Below are positions 39,642 to 49,400 of a stretch of 64,000 bases of DNA, piece after piece. A model generated the notes under the pieces. The model searched no databases. It had not been told where the DNA came from and saw only the letters and a program-made list of their open reading frames with translations. This DNA comes from Oligoflexia bacterium (lineage in GTDB: Bacteria; Bdellovibrionota; UBA1018), in assembly GCA_963758495.1 (NCBI GenBank), contig CAVWVI010000003.1:544001-608000 (forward strand), given 5' to 3'. Made by a program: the position numbers and the translations under genes. The stretch's first letter is position 1. Each line of letters begins with the position of its first letter.

Positions 39642-40163
39642 ATGAACTTAACTTATGACCGCATGCTGGAAGCCTTGGGAAATTTAGATAAAAAACTCAA
39701 TCATCCTGTAACACTCATTGTAGGAGGAGGCGGGGCAATGATTTTAGCCTATCAGTTTCCCTTAGTCACTACAGATATTGACGCTGTGCCTGCACAAGGT
39801 ACAACTCCTTCAGAACTAGATCCTCTCATTAAGGCTGTAGCATTAGAGCTCAAGATCCCGCCAGATTGGTTGAATCCTTATTACTCGACATTTACTCACG
39901 TATTGCCGTCAAATTACGGGGATCGACTTCAACCTATTTCCAATTTTGAAAACCTTAAAGTTTGCGCGCTTTCCAAAGACGATCTCTTAATCATGAAGTG
40001 CTTTGCAGGAAGAACGAAAGATCGTCCTCATGCCCGAGCACTGATTCAAGGTGGAGCGAATACTCGTTTTGTAGAAGCCCACTTAGAGAGTTTAAAAAAT
40101 CGAGGAATTCCAAAATCGGAAAAGGCCCTGGATTTTTTAGATGAAGTTTTAAGTATGGAGTAA
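39642..40163 (+). CDS. DUF6036-like nucleotidyltransferase (putative toxin)
   Basis: IVGGGAM, TTDID, DWLN, DLLIMK..AGRTKD. Confidence 0.75.
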   Translation: MNLTYDRMLEALGNLDKKLNHPVTLIVGGGGAMILAYQFPLVTTDIDAVPAQGTTPSELDPLIKAVALELKIPPDWLNPYYSTFTHVLPSNYGDRLQPISNFENLKVCALSKDDLLIMKCFAGRTKDRPHARALIQGGANTRFVEAHLESLKNRGIPKSEKALDFLDEVLSME

Positions 40164-40167
40164 ATTT

Positions 40168-40899
40168 ATGAAAGGTGGCCTTCTCAATATTCCGCAATTG
40201 ACGGACCTAAAAGAGGCCTACGATTCTTTATTGCATTTAGAACCCAAAGATCCAGGGATTGATCAGATCGCGCTTTTCTCGCAATGGGCTCGCTTTGACG
40301 CGAGATTAGCTGAAATTTGGATTCACTATTTAGAGCCACATTGGGGTCTCCTCAATCCTCTTGACCTGAACACAACCCTACTTAAGCAGCCTTGGCCCGC
40401 CGCTGCGGGACTCCTTCTGGAGTTTGTTCAGACACTCATCGAAGCTAAGAGTAAAGAAAACAGAATAAATAAATCTGTGAACAGTCAGGATCTTGAAAAA
40501 TTTCGACTTTGGAAACGATTGGTAACTTATCAAATATCTCCTGCTGAGTGGGAGTTTTTCTTTATCGGTTTACATAAAATAGGTGGGAAAATAATGTTCG
40601 AAGATGCTTGTTTTTCTTTGAAGGAATACCGAGATTGGGGCTTTTTGGGGCGAGATATTTTAGTTCAGAAAACCAGCTCTTCTCATTTTAAAGTACAGGC
40701 TCATATCGAAAAAGAAGTACGCCTACAAATTCTTCAGCAGCTGCTTCGCGCTTCACCAAGAATAACTGTAAAAAAATATTGGGAAGCTATTGGTCAATGC
40801 ATTTCTTTGCGGCAAGCTGAGCGAGACTTGTCGAACTCCCCCATTCTTGAGGCAGTAGGCCAAACACAGGCGAGGTACTATCGAATGAAAAGTAAATGA
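40168..40899 (+). CDS. Hypothetical protein with C-terminal winged-HTH-like region (putative partner)
   Basis: Starts 4 nt after the NTase gene; RFDARLAE motif; C-terminal ITVKKYWEAIGQCISLRQAERDL...VGQTQARYY. Confidence 0.6.
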   Translation: MKGGLLNIPQLTDLKEAYDSLLHLEPKDPGIDQIALFSQWARFDARLAEIWIHYLEPHWGLLNPLDLNTTLLKQPWPAAAGLLLEFVQTLIEAKSKENRINKSVNSQDLEKFRLWKRLVTYQISPAEWEFFFIGLHKIGGKIMFEDACFSLKEYRDWGFLGRDILVQKTSSSHFKVQAHIEKEVRLQILQQLLRASPRITVKKYWEAIGQCISLRQAERDLSNSPILEAVGQTQARYYRMKSK

Positions 40900-41030
40900 T
40901 ATTTACAAAGACTTGTCTGTCATTCAGATCATTTAAACGAGCTGCCAAAATAGCGTAGTTCAACCCCTAAAGTCCACGACCTCCACCGGATCAATTCACA
41001 TTTTAAGTAGCTTCAACAATCTGCACAGCC

Positions 41031-41867
41031 TCATACGCTCTCAAACACAGGATGACTCAGCATACCGTCTAAACAAGGAACACCCACCTGGCCCACCGCT
41101 AATGAACCAAAGTAGTTCCCAAGCAAGACAGATTTTTCTAAGGAATACCCTCGTAGCAACCCTGCGGCAAATCCCGCAAAAAAGCAGTCTCCAGCTCCTG
41201 TCGGGTCCACTTCTTCGGTCTCAAATGCAGGTACCCGAAACTCACGATCATGGGTGTATACGGTACATCCCTCTTTGCCTTCGGTCACTAATACGCAGGT
41301 TTGCTGGCGGATTTGCTGAAGGTCCATTAATTCAGCTTCCTGGCGGTTCGCCTTTAAAAAGGTAATTTTATTCAAAAGATGAAAGTAGGGGGTTTCTTCC
41401 AGCCTTTGATAACCCACATTTTCTTGATCAATCTTGCGAACTAATCCCTGCATGTCACAAAGCACATAGCGGGCGGACTGAGAAAGCCGCTCTAAGGTCT
41501 CGGGGAGGACTTCCCCAACGATTCCAACTGCTAATCCCAATTCAAACTTTCCATTGTCCGGGATATCTTCTGGGTAGATGGGCTCACAAACTGCCCCTAC
41601 CTTTCCTATTCTTTCGCCTTGCCTAAAATCAGCAATGAAATGGGTTGTTGCGGAATTGGATATAATCTTGGGGGTATGGGTAATCTGTGAAAAATACGCA
41701 AAGTCAGGTCCTACCTTAGCAACTACTGAACAGTTCACCCCTAAGGCTTCAAAGACAGAAGAAATATACGACGCAGATCCCCCTAAGGTAGCGGAATGAT
41801 TCCCATTCGCTAAATACAAGGTATCGTGACAATAATGTCCAATAATCAAGGCGGAAGATGGCTGCAT
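41031..41867 (-). CDS. PfkB-family carbohydrate kinase
   Basis: LGGSASY, VTEGKEG, VDPTGAGDCFFAGF. Confidence 0.92.
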   Translation of the reverse strand: MQPSSALIIGHYCHDTLYLANGNHSATLGGSASYISSVFEALGVNCSVVAKVGPDFAYFSQITHTPKIISNSATTHFIADFRQGERIGKVGAVCEPIYPEDIPDNGKFELGLAVGIVGEVLPETLERLSQSARYVLCDMQGLVRKIDQENVGYQRLEETPYFHLLNKITFLKANRQEAELMDLQQIRQQTCVLVTEGKEGCTVYTHDREFRVPAFETEEVDPTGAGDCFFAGFAAGLLRGYSLEKSVLLGNYFGSLAVGQVGVPCLDGMLSHPVFESV

Positions 41868-41951
41868 AGCATGAATTTATACGCTAGAATTATGGGTTTT
41901 CAAGTCTAGACTGAGACCAAGAGAATTGAAGAAGAATTGAAGGAGAATAGG

Positions 41952-42737
41952 ATGAATACCGTCATTGTCATACCTGCTAGAAAGGGCTCAACTCGATTTC
42001 CTAATAAGCCCCTGGCGCTCATCCAAGGGAGACAACTCCTCTACCGAACCTGGCTCATCGCCAAAGCGGTTACAGGAGTAGATGAAACTTATATCGCAAC
42101 GGATGATGAAGAGATTCGAGAACAAGCGGAAAAATTTGGCGCAAAAGTCCTCATGACTGGAAGTCATTGTGAGAATGGAACTGAACGAGTCTATGATGCT
42201 GTTCAACAGCTCAAGAAAAAGCCAGAGATTGCGATCAATCTTCAAGGGGATGCAGTCTTAACCCCCCCCTGGGTGATCCAATCCATTGTGGAAACCCTGC
42301 AAAAGGATGCAACCGTTCCACTGGCAACTCCAGCAACACGACTCGATTGGAAGCGTTATGATGAATTTCTTCAATCTAAAGCGGGTGGGCGCGTGAGTGG
42401 AACACTCGTTGTTTTTGATTTAAATCATCGGGCTCTTTATTTCTCGAAAGGACTCATCCCCTTTGTTCGAGACCGCAAAATAGCAGAACCTCCCATTTAT
42501 CGTCATATTGGTCTTTATGGTTATCGCTACGAAACTCTGAAAAAATACATTGAACTCAAACCCACCCCTCTTGAAGGAATTGAGAAACTTGAACAACTCC
42601 GAGCCTTAGAAAATGGCATCCCTATTCGAATTGTTCTTGTTGATTATCGCGGAAGGACCCACTGGTCGGTCGATAACCCGGAAGACATCAAAATCGTCGA
42701 AGAAATTGTGAGACGAGAAGGTGAGCTGATCTCATGA
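41952..42737 (+). CDS. kdsB: CMP-Kdo synthetase
   Basis: IPARKGSTRFPNKPL, ATDD, NGTER, INLQGD, HIGLYGY, EKLEQLRALENG; AGGAG RBS before ATG 41952. Confidence 0.95.
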   Translation: MNTVIVIPARKGSTRFPNKPLALIQGRQLLYRTWLIAKAVTGVDETYIATDDEEIREQAEKFGAKVLMTGSHCENGTERVYDAVQQLKKKPEIAINLQGDAVLTPPWVIQSIVETLQKDATVPLATPATRLDWKRYDEFLQSKAGGRVSGTLVVFDLNHRALYFSKGLIPFVRDRKIAEPPIYRHIGLYGYRYETLKKYIELKPTPLEGIEKLEQLRALENGIPIRIVLVDYRGRTHWSVDNPEDIKIVEEIVRREGELIS

Positions 42738-43399
42738 ATATTTTATTATCACGCCACGGAAATACCTTTGGCCCACATGACCCAGTCGTCTGGACAGGAG
42801 CAACCAATGACCTCCCGTTAGTGGAAAAAGGAATTGCTCAAGCTGAAACGTTCGCGGAAGTACTTTTATCTCAAAAAATCAAACCATCCGCCATTTACTG
42901 TAGTCCACTCCAACGAACTTCAAAGTATGCTTCCATCTTGGTTCAAAAGTTAAACTTGCCGTTTAAAGCCACCGTCGATCCACGAATCAATGAAGTGGAT
43001 TATGGTGAGTGGACTGGACTCACAAATGAACAAGTCATTGCGCGCTTTGGAGAAGCAGCACTCAAAGCCTGGGATGAGAAAAGCCAATGGCCCACAGAAG
43101 GAAAATGGGGATCTTCAGAGTCCGCTGTAACGGCTGAGGTGAAATCGTTTGTTCACGACCTCCTCATCCAATATGAAAGCAATGAAACTGTAATTGTCAT
43201 CACGAGTAATGGCCGACTGAGGTATTTTTTAACCCTCGTTCCAGGTGAATTTGAGAAAAGAATTCAGAACAGCTCGTTTAAAGTAAAAACGGGAAATATT
43301 TGTAAGCTGAGCGTTCATAATGGCGGCATTTCAATTTCCTACTGGAATCAAGTTCCTGCTTCTTCCTACTTGGGGAGTCGCAACCTTCAAAAAGTCTGA
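42734..43399 (+). CDS. Histidine phosphatase family protein
   Basis: SRHGNT, SPLQR, EVDYGEW; ATGA overlap with kdsB. Confidence 0.9.
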   Translation: MNILLSRHGNTFGPHDPVVWTGATNDLPLVEKGIAQAETFAEVLLSQKIKPSAIYCSPLQRTSKYASILVQKLNLPFKATVDPRINEVDYGEWTGLTNEQVIARFGEAALKAWDEKSQWPTEGKWGSSESAVTAEVKSFVHDLLIQYESNETVIVITSNGRLRYFLTLVPGEFEKRIQNSSFKVKTGNICKLSVHNGGISISYWNQVPASSYLGSRNLQKV

Positions 43400-43466
43400 C
43401 ATACAGAAGCTACCTACCTAGCAGGTAGTCTGCGAGCTTCATGTATTCGGTAGCTCAAGTTCGTGC

Positions 43467-45878
43467 TTAAAACGGCGGTCCGATAAAGAATTGGAATACT
43501 GAAACGTCTTCACCCGGTTTTCTAGCCAATGGGAAGCCCCATTCGAAACGAAGTGGGCCAATAGGAGAAAACCACCGGAATCCAAATCCCGTATCGGTTC
43601 GAACTGTAAAAGGATCATCTAGCCCGCCCCCTGGAAAATGATCCCAGGTATTCCCTACATCAAAAAAGAGAACTAATTTGATGCCCGCTTCTTTCAGCAA
43701 GGGATACTCAAGCTCGACGAGGGAAAATGCTTCTGCACTTCCGCCCAAAGGTATGGGGTTTCCAGAAGAACTTAAAACTGGACTCCGAGGTCCCAATAAG
43801 AAAAGCGGAAAACCTTTCATATTATTAGGTCCACCTAGGTAAAATTTCTGAGAGGGAGGAACTGTAACTCCACCGACACTTGAAATTTGACCTACTTCAG
43901 TACTATTTCGAATGACTAAATCTCCAACAATTCGATGATAAATTCGATTATTGAGAACCCATTTTGTGAATTTGAAGTCACCTCCCAAGCCAGCAACCTC
44001 GAGCGAGGCAGACTGATAATTACCGGCTGAAGTTTCAAATCGATTGTTTCGTTTATCTCGAATCGTGCTCAAAACAACACTGGAGAGGATCCCTGAATCC
44101 GACGCAACAATCGACGGATCTAAATTTGCATCCGGGAACAGATCCTGAATCCCTTCGTATTTATAAGTAATAAACGCGTAAGTATACTCGATAATAGGAT
44201 GACCGAGTTTGAAGTCAAATCCCAGTTTCGATGTTGTATATTTATAAGGAATCGGAAATTTCACTGAATAGACATCAAAACCCGTACTCCAAAGAGAGTC
44301 AAAAGTATAGGGCTCAGTAAATCCTAAATTCAAGCTTCTAGAAAGCTGTTGAATCGAATATTGAGCAGAAAGGCTCAGATTTTGACCTCGACCCATGAGG
44401 TTGATCTCTGCAATTTGGGTTGTAAAAAAGAAACCCTGATTACTTCCGTAGCCAGCTCCTAAGGTGATCGTCCCCGTCGAGCGCTCTTTCACACTGATAT
44501 CGACGTTCAGAATGTCTGACTTACCTTTAGGCGTTACCGTATTAAAAATCACTTCACCGGGTGCAAAATACCCCAAACGTTCAACATTTTCTCGAGACAC
44601 CCTGAGCTTTGAACCACTATAGAGTTCACCTTCATGGATTTTAAGTTCGCGACGAATCACTTTGTCGTAAGTCTTACTGTTACCCACGACATTGATTTCA
44701 CCAAAATAGCAAAGATTTCCTTTTTCAAAGTCATACTCAATATCTATCGTTTTAGTGTCGTCATGAATATTCATCTTAGGAATCACATTGACGAACGCGT
44801 ATCCTAAATCTTGATATTTCTCTGTGAGGTGCTGAATATCAGCATTTCTTTTAGAAATACTAAATGTTTGATCCGAAGTCAGAGTGAGTTCGTCGCGAAG
44901 CTCTTCTTTTGAAAACAGAAGATCTCCCCCAAAATCAACAGTCCCCATTTTGTACTGAGAACCCTCATCCATATAGATGGAGATAAACACCCATTTTTTA
45001 TCATCACTGACCGTGACCACTGGGTTTTCAAATTTAAATTTGACATACCCATGATCCAGGTACCAATAAGTCAGTCTTTGTAAATCTTGCTTAAATGCAG
45101 ATTCTTTGAAGTTGCCTGAGCTCGAAAGAAAAGAGAAGAACCCTCCTTCACGGGTTTCGGCAAAAACACCCTTAAGCTGGGCATCTGTAAATTTTTTATT
45201 ATTGAGGAATGTGATTTTCTTAATCTGGACTTTATCATAGTCATTGATCTTGTAAGTGAGCTCCACTTCGCCTTGCTGAGTGGGCTTTATGTCATAAGTC
45301 ACTTTTGCTAAGTAAAACCCTTTTTCCTCATAATGCTTTTGGATCAAAGCAACATCTTCTTTAACTTTATTAATATCTTGAATGGACCATTCTTTTACTT
45401 TGATCACATCTTTTAAATCACTCGAACTGATGCGCTCATTGCCTTCAAAATTGAGCTTTGCAATCACCGGCCGCTCACGTACCACATAGGTCAATCCGAC
45501 TTGCTGATTACTTAAGAGCGTCCCCTCTACCGCAATGTCATCAAAGAAACCCATTTTAAAAATAGATTGAATATCAGAACGAACTTTTTCGGCTGTCAGC
45601 ACATCTCCTGGCTTAGTACTTAACTTAGCTAGAACAGCATCTTTTTCAATTCTTTTTAAGCCCTCAACATCAACAGATCCTACAACCTTTCCAAAGAACT
45701 CACCTGCGTGCTGAGTAGGTTGAAGCCGAGGCTGAGGCGTATTGATCTGAGCCAAAAGAGTTTCCTTCGCGGAAACAGAATGATCCATTCCGAGACTACC
45801 CAGTGTCGCGATAATCGCAAAAACGAAAATGCGTTGCCATACGAAATGAAATTTTGAAAATCGTCTAAGAGCAGTCAC
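43467..45878 (-). CDS. bamA: Outer membrane protein assembly factor BamA
   Basis: POTRA repeats, VIRRE, ERSTG, FYLGGPNNMKGF, RWFSPIGPLRFEWG, terminal F. Confidence 0.96.
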   Translation of the reverse strand: MTALRRFSKFHFVWQRIFVFAIIATLGSLGMDHSVSAKETLLAQINTPQPRLQPTQHAGEFFGKVVGSVDVEGLKRIEKDAVLAKLSTKPGDVLTAEKVRSDIQSIFKMGFFDDIAVEGTLLSNQQVGLTYVVRERPVIAKLNFEGNERISSSDLKDVIKVKEWSIQDINKVKEDVALIQKHYEEKGFYLAKVTYDIKPTQQGEVELTYKINDYDKVQIKKITFLNNKKFTDAQLKGVFAETREGGFFSFLSSSGNFKESAFKQDLQRLTYWYLDHGYVKFKFENPVVTVSDDKKWVFISIYMDEGSQYKMGTVDFGGDLLFSKEELRDELTLTSDQTFSISKRNADIQHLTEKYQDLGYAFVNVIPKMNIHDDTKTIDIEYDFEKGNLCYFGEINVVGNSKTYDKVIRRELKIHEGELYSGSKLRVSRENVERLGYFAPGEVIFNTVTPKGKSDILNVDISVKERSTGTITLGAGYGSNQGFFFTTQIAEINLMGRGQNLSLSAQYSIQQLSRSLNLGFTEPYTFDSLWSTGFDVYSVKFPIPYKYTTSKLGFDFKLGHPIIEYTYAFITYKYEGIQDLFPDANLDPSIVASDSGILSSVVLSTIRDKRNNRFETSAGNYQSASLEVAGLGGDFKFTKWVLNNRIYHRIVGDLVIRNSTEVGQISSVGGVTVPPSQKFYLGGPNNMKGFPLFLLGPRSPVLSSSGNPIPLGGSAEAFSLVELEYPLLKEAGIKLVLFFDVGNTWDHFPGGGLDDPFTVRTDTGFGFRWFSPIGPLRFEWGFPLARKPGEDVSVFQFFIGPPF

Positions 45879-45944
45879 TCATTATAATGTCTAGGTGGGC
45901 AAATCTCTGCTGTCAACAATAACAAGTTAAAAGATTGAAAATTA

Positions 45945-46664
45945 TTAATGGATAAAGGTTCCATCCTTCATAATTAGAATGCGGTGCATCCTTTTTGCCA
46001 ACTCTAAATCATGTGTAACGAGTAATACCGAAACACCTGTAGCTTCATTCAGTCGCACTAAAAGATCCATTACAATAGAACGATTTGCAGAGTCCAAATT
46101 TCCCGTCAGCTCGTCTGCTAAAAGAAGTTTGGGCCTAAGGATTACAGCACGTGCAATAGCCACACGTTGCTGCTCACCTCCAGAAAGCTCACTGGGGCGA
46201 TGATCTAGACGATGCTTCAATCCCACAAACTCAAGTAGATTTGTAGCCTGTGATTCTGAAGCTTGCCGTGCATGTCCAGCAATCAATGCCGGCATCATCA
46301 CGTTTTCAAGTGCCGAAAATTCAGGCAGAAGGTAATGAAATTGAAAGACAAAGCCCAAGGATCTATTTCGAAAAACAGACAGTGCTCTTTCAGAAAATCG
46401 AAAAATGTCTTGTTGTTTTTCTCCAAACAGAACCTGACCAGAACTCGGGGCTTCAAGTGTTCCTAAAATATGAAGTAATGTACTCTTGCCCACGCCTGAG
46501 GCACCCGTGATTGCAATCATTTCACCCGGCATAATCGTCAAGTCAACTCCCCGAACTACGGGAATCTCTTTTTTTCCTTTAAAAAAAGACTTTCGAATCT
46601 GTTCGGCTCGCAATAAGGGGTGCTGTGCACTCGCATGAACTCTTTGATCGGTTTCTTTATTCAT
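45945..46664 (-). CDS. lolD: Lipoprotein-releasing ABC ATPase
   Basis: GASGVGKST, GFVFQFHYLLPEFSALENV, LSGGEQQR. Confidence 0.92.
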   Translation of the reverse strand: MNKETDQRVHASAQHPLLRAEQIRKSFFKGKKEIPVVRGVDLTIMPGEMIAITGASGVGKSTLLHILGTLEAPSSGQVLFGEKQQDIFRFSERALSVFRNRSLGFVFQFHYLLPEFSALENVMMPALIAGHARQASESQATNLLEFVGLKHRLDHRPSELSGGEQQRVAIARAVILRPKLLLADELTGNLDSANRSIVMDLLVRLNEATGVSVLLVTHDLELAKRMHRILIMKDGTFIH

Positions 46665-47874
46665 ATCTTAAACCATCCAGAGGTGAACGGCGGGATACTT
46701 TCCAGGAGGGATAGATCGTCGCCAAAAACGATACCATTAAAGCTACAAAGGCTATCAGAGAAATATCTTTCCAAAGTACAACGACAGGCAAGAATCCAAT
46801 ATAATAAATATCTGCAGGTAAATTGATCCAGTGAGTTTTCTCCAGTAACCATCCCAATCCAAGACCCGATAAAATTCCCAGTCCAGTGCCAACTGCTCCA
46901 ATTCCAATACCAATCAGGCAAAACAATCGAAAGCTTTGTGCTGGCCGAAAGCCCATTGCCTTTAAAATAGAAATTTCTTTTGTCTTATCATGAATCATCA
47001 TCATCAGAGTGCTCACCACATTGAACGCCGCAACGATCACAATTACGGTTAAAATGATTGCGATGACCACTTTCTCTAATTTAATCGCATAAAATAGGTT
47101 TTTATTGAGCTGGCTCCAATCTTTTGCCCTAAAAGGATAATCAAATACTTCAGCCAATCGATCTGACACTCGACGAGTATCTGTACCTGGCTTCACTTTT
47201 ATATTAAAATTCGTAATTCCACCGGGATGGTCCAAAAACTTTTGAACGGTCTCTAAGGTCATAAAGGCAAATTTAGAATCGTAATCATACATCCCCATTT
47301 TTACGATACCCACGACATTGACTTTGAGTATCTTCGGAGTCGAACTGACCTCTCCCGTAAAGGGGGCAATTAAACGAATCTCAGTTCCCTCTGGAGCCCC
47401 CAACTTCTCTGAGATGGCAGAACCTAATAGGATTTCTCCATCCGCTTGTGGCATTCTTCCAGAGACAAGTCGTTCAGGGATAGCGGTCACTTGTCCGATA
47501 CTTTGGGAATCGATCCCCTCGAGAATTGCTCCTGAAACCCCGCTAGGTCCTGATGCCATCAGTTCGGTCACAAAGGAAGGGGTGATCGCTACCACTTGTG
47601 GAACTGTTTTTCGAATTTCAGCTTCAATCAAACTAGCGTCTCTGACAGGCTCTCCTCTGGAATACAAGACAATATCACCATTCATTCCTGTAATCACATG
47701 GGCCAATTCGCCTTCAAATCCATTGATGACACTTGTGACAACAGTTAGAGCCATTACACCTAAAGCAACACCCAACACAGATACCCAAGCAATGAAGGAT
47801 AGGAACCCATCAGAGGCTTTTGAGAGTAAAAACCGAAAAGCGAGGGTTGGAACAGATGATTGGAAGAGTGCCAT
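46657..47874 (-). CDS. Lipoprotein-releasing ABC permease LolC/E family
   Basis: FLSFIAWVSVLGVALGV, VINGF, KTKEISILKAMG, LATIYPSW. Confidence 0.92.
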   Translation of the reverse strand: MALFQSSVPTLAFRFLLSKASDGFLSFIAWVSVLGVALGVMALTVVTSVINGFEGELAHVITGMNGDIVLYSRGEPVRDASLIEAEIRKTVPQVVAITPSFVTELMASGPSGVSGAILEGIDSQSIGQVTAIPERLVSGRMPQADGEILLGSAISEKLGAPEGTEIRLIAPFTGEVSSTPKILKVNVVGIVKMGMYDYDSKFAFMTLETVQKFLDHPGGITNFNIKVKPGTDTRRVSDRLAEVFDYPFRAKDWSQLNKNLFYAIKLEKVVIAIILTVIVIVAAFNVVSTLMMMIHDKTKEISILKAMGFRPAQSFRLFCLIGIGIGAVGTGLGILSGLGLGWLLEKTHWINLPADIYYIGFLPVVVLWKDISLIAFVALMVSFLATIYPSWKVSRRSPLDGLRYE

Positions 47875-47876
47875 CC

Positions 47877-49400
47877 CTACGTCTTTGTAACCTCGGAATG
47901 GAGGGGTTTCATGAGAGGAAATAAGATCACATCTCGAATGCTAGGCGAATCTGTAAATAACATGACCAATCGATCAATCCCAATTCCAGCACCCGCAGTG
48001 GGTGGCATGCCATACTCAAGAGCGGTCACATAATCTAAATCCATATCGGATGCTTCCTCATTGCCCGCATTCTTTGCATCTACTTGTGATTCAAAACGAG
48101 CTTTTTGATCGATTGGATCATTCAACTCGGAAAATGCGTTCGCCATCTCTCGTCCGTAAATGAAAAGCTCAAATCGATCGACTAAAAATGGGTCTTTCTC
48201 ATTTTTTCTCGATAAAGGAGAAACATCCAACGGGTAGTGAGTGACAAAGGTGGGCTGAATGAGCTGTGATTCAACTTCTTCGTCAAAAATCACCATCAAT
48301 AATGCTCCCGTCGTTTCTTTTGGATTCATCGGGAAATTTTTCTTTTTGCCATACTCCAAAAGAGCGGCCTTATCACGAAGCCGAGAGCGATCTTTAAATT
48401 CAGAGTATTTTAAAATCGAATCTTCAACACTGATTCTCTGCCAAGGTGAGCTGAGGTGAATCGCTGTTCCCTGATAGGTCAGTTGCTGCCTTTGTAAAAC
48501 TTCCTCGCCGATTTTTTGAAAAAGTTTTTCATGGAGGTCCATTAAATCTTCATAGGTGGCATAAGCCTGATAGAACTCAAGCATTGTAAATTCAGGATTA
48601 TGTTTAATCGAAATTCCTTCGTTCCTAAAATTTCGATTAATTTCAAACACGCGCTCAAACCCCCCCACAACAAGCCTCTTTAAATAAAGCTCAGGGGCAA
48701 TCCTCATGAAAAGTTTCATGTCCAATGCATTATGATGAGTCGTAAAAGGTCTCGCGGTAGCCCCTCCTGCAATCGGATGCATCATCGGGGTTTCGACTTC
48801 CATAAATCCTTGATCCACAAAGAATCGACGTATCTCTTCAATGATTTTCGAACGCTTTCGAAAAGTATCTCGAGTGTCTTGATTCATAATTAAATCTAAG
48901 TAGCGTTGACGGTATTTAATCTCCACATCTGCCAGGCCATGAAATTTTTCTGCTAGCGGACGAAGGGATTTAGTCATTAAATCTATGGACTCACAACTGA
49001 CTGATAATTCTCCCGTTTTTGTTTTAAAAACGGTGCCATGTGCAAGAAGGATATCTCCAATATCGAGTTCTTTATAAAGCGCGTAAGCGTCAACTCCGAT
49101 TTTTTCCTTTTGCACATAGAGCTGTATAAGACCTGTTCTATCTTTCAAGCGAATAAAGGCAGCCTTACCAAAATCTCGAATCGCCATGATTCGACCCGCT
49201 ACTGAGCAGGAGATCGCCAAACCATCAAGCTCTTCTTTACTCTTTTCACCGTAAGCGTGATGAAGGTCCACTGCTATTGCAGACGGAGAAGCTCCATTTT
49301 TATAAGGATTCTCAGTTCTCTCTCTTAAACGAGTCAGTTTCTCATAACGGACTCTTACCTGCTCAGAATGATCATCTGCATTTAAGACATCCATCTTCAC
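47877..49400 (-). CDS. lysS: Lysine--tRNA ligase (class II)
   Basis: YRQRYLDL, RIAPELYLKRL, FRNEG, HNPEFT, EYGMPP. Confidence 0.99.
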   Translation of the reverse strand: MKMDVLNADDHSEQVRVRYEKLTRLRERTENPYKNGASPSAIAVDLHHAYGEKSKEELDGLAISCSVAGRIMAIRDFGKAAFIRLKDRTGLIQLYVQKEKIGVDAYALYKELDIGDILLAHGTVFKTKTGELSVSCESIDLMTKSLRPLAEKFHGLADVEIKYRQRYLDLIMNQDTRDTFRKRSKIIEEIRRFFVDQGFMEVETPMMHPIAGGATARPFTTHHNALDMKLFMRIAPELYLKRLVVGGFERVFEINRNFRNEGISIKHNPEFTMLEFYQAYATYEDLMDLHEKLFQKIGEEVLQRQQLTYQGTAIHLSSPWQRISVEDSILKYSEFKDRSRLRDKAALLEYGKKKNFPMNPKETTGALLMVIFDEEVESQLIQPTFVTHYPLDVSPLSRKNEKDPFLVDRFELFIYGREMANAFSELNDPIDQKARFESQVDAKNAGNEEASDMDLDYVTALEYGMPPTAGAGIGIDRLVMLFTDSPSIRDVILFPLMKPLHSEVTKT

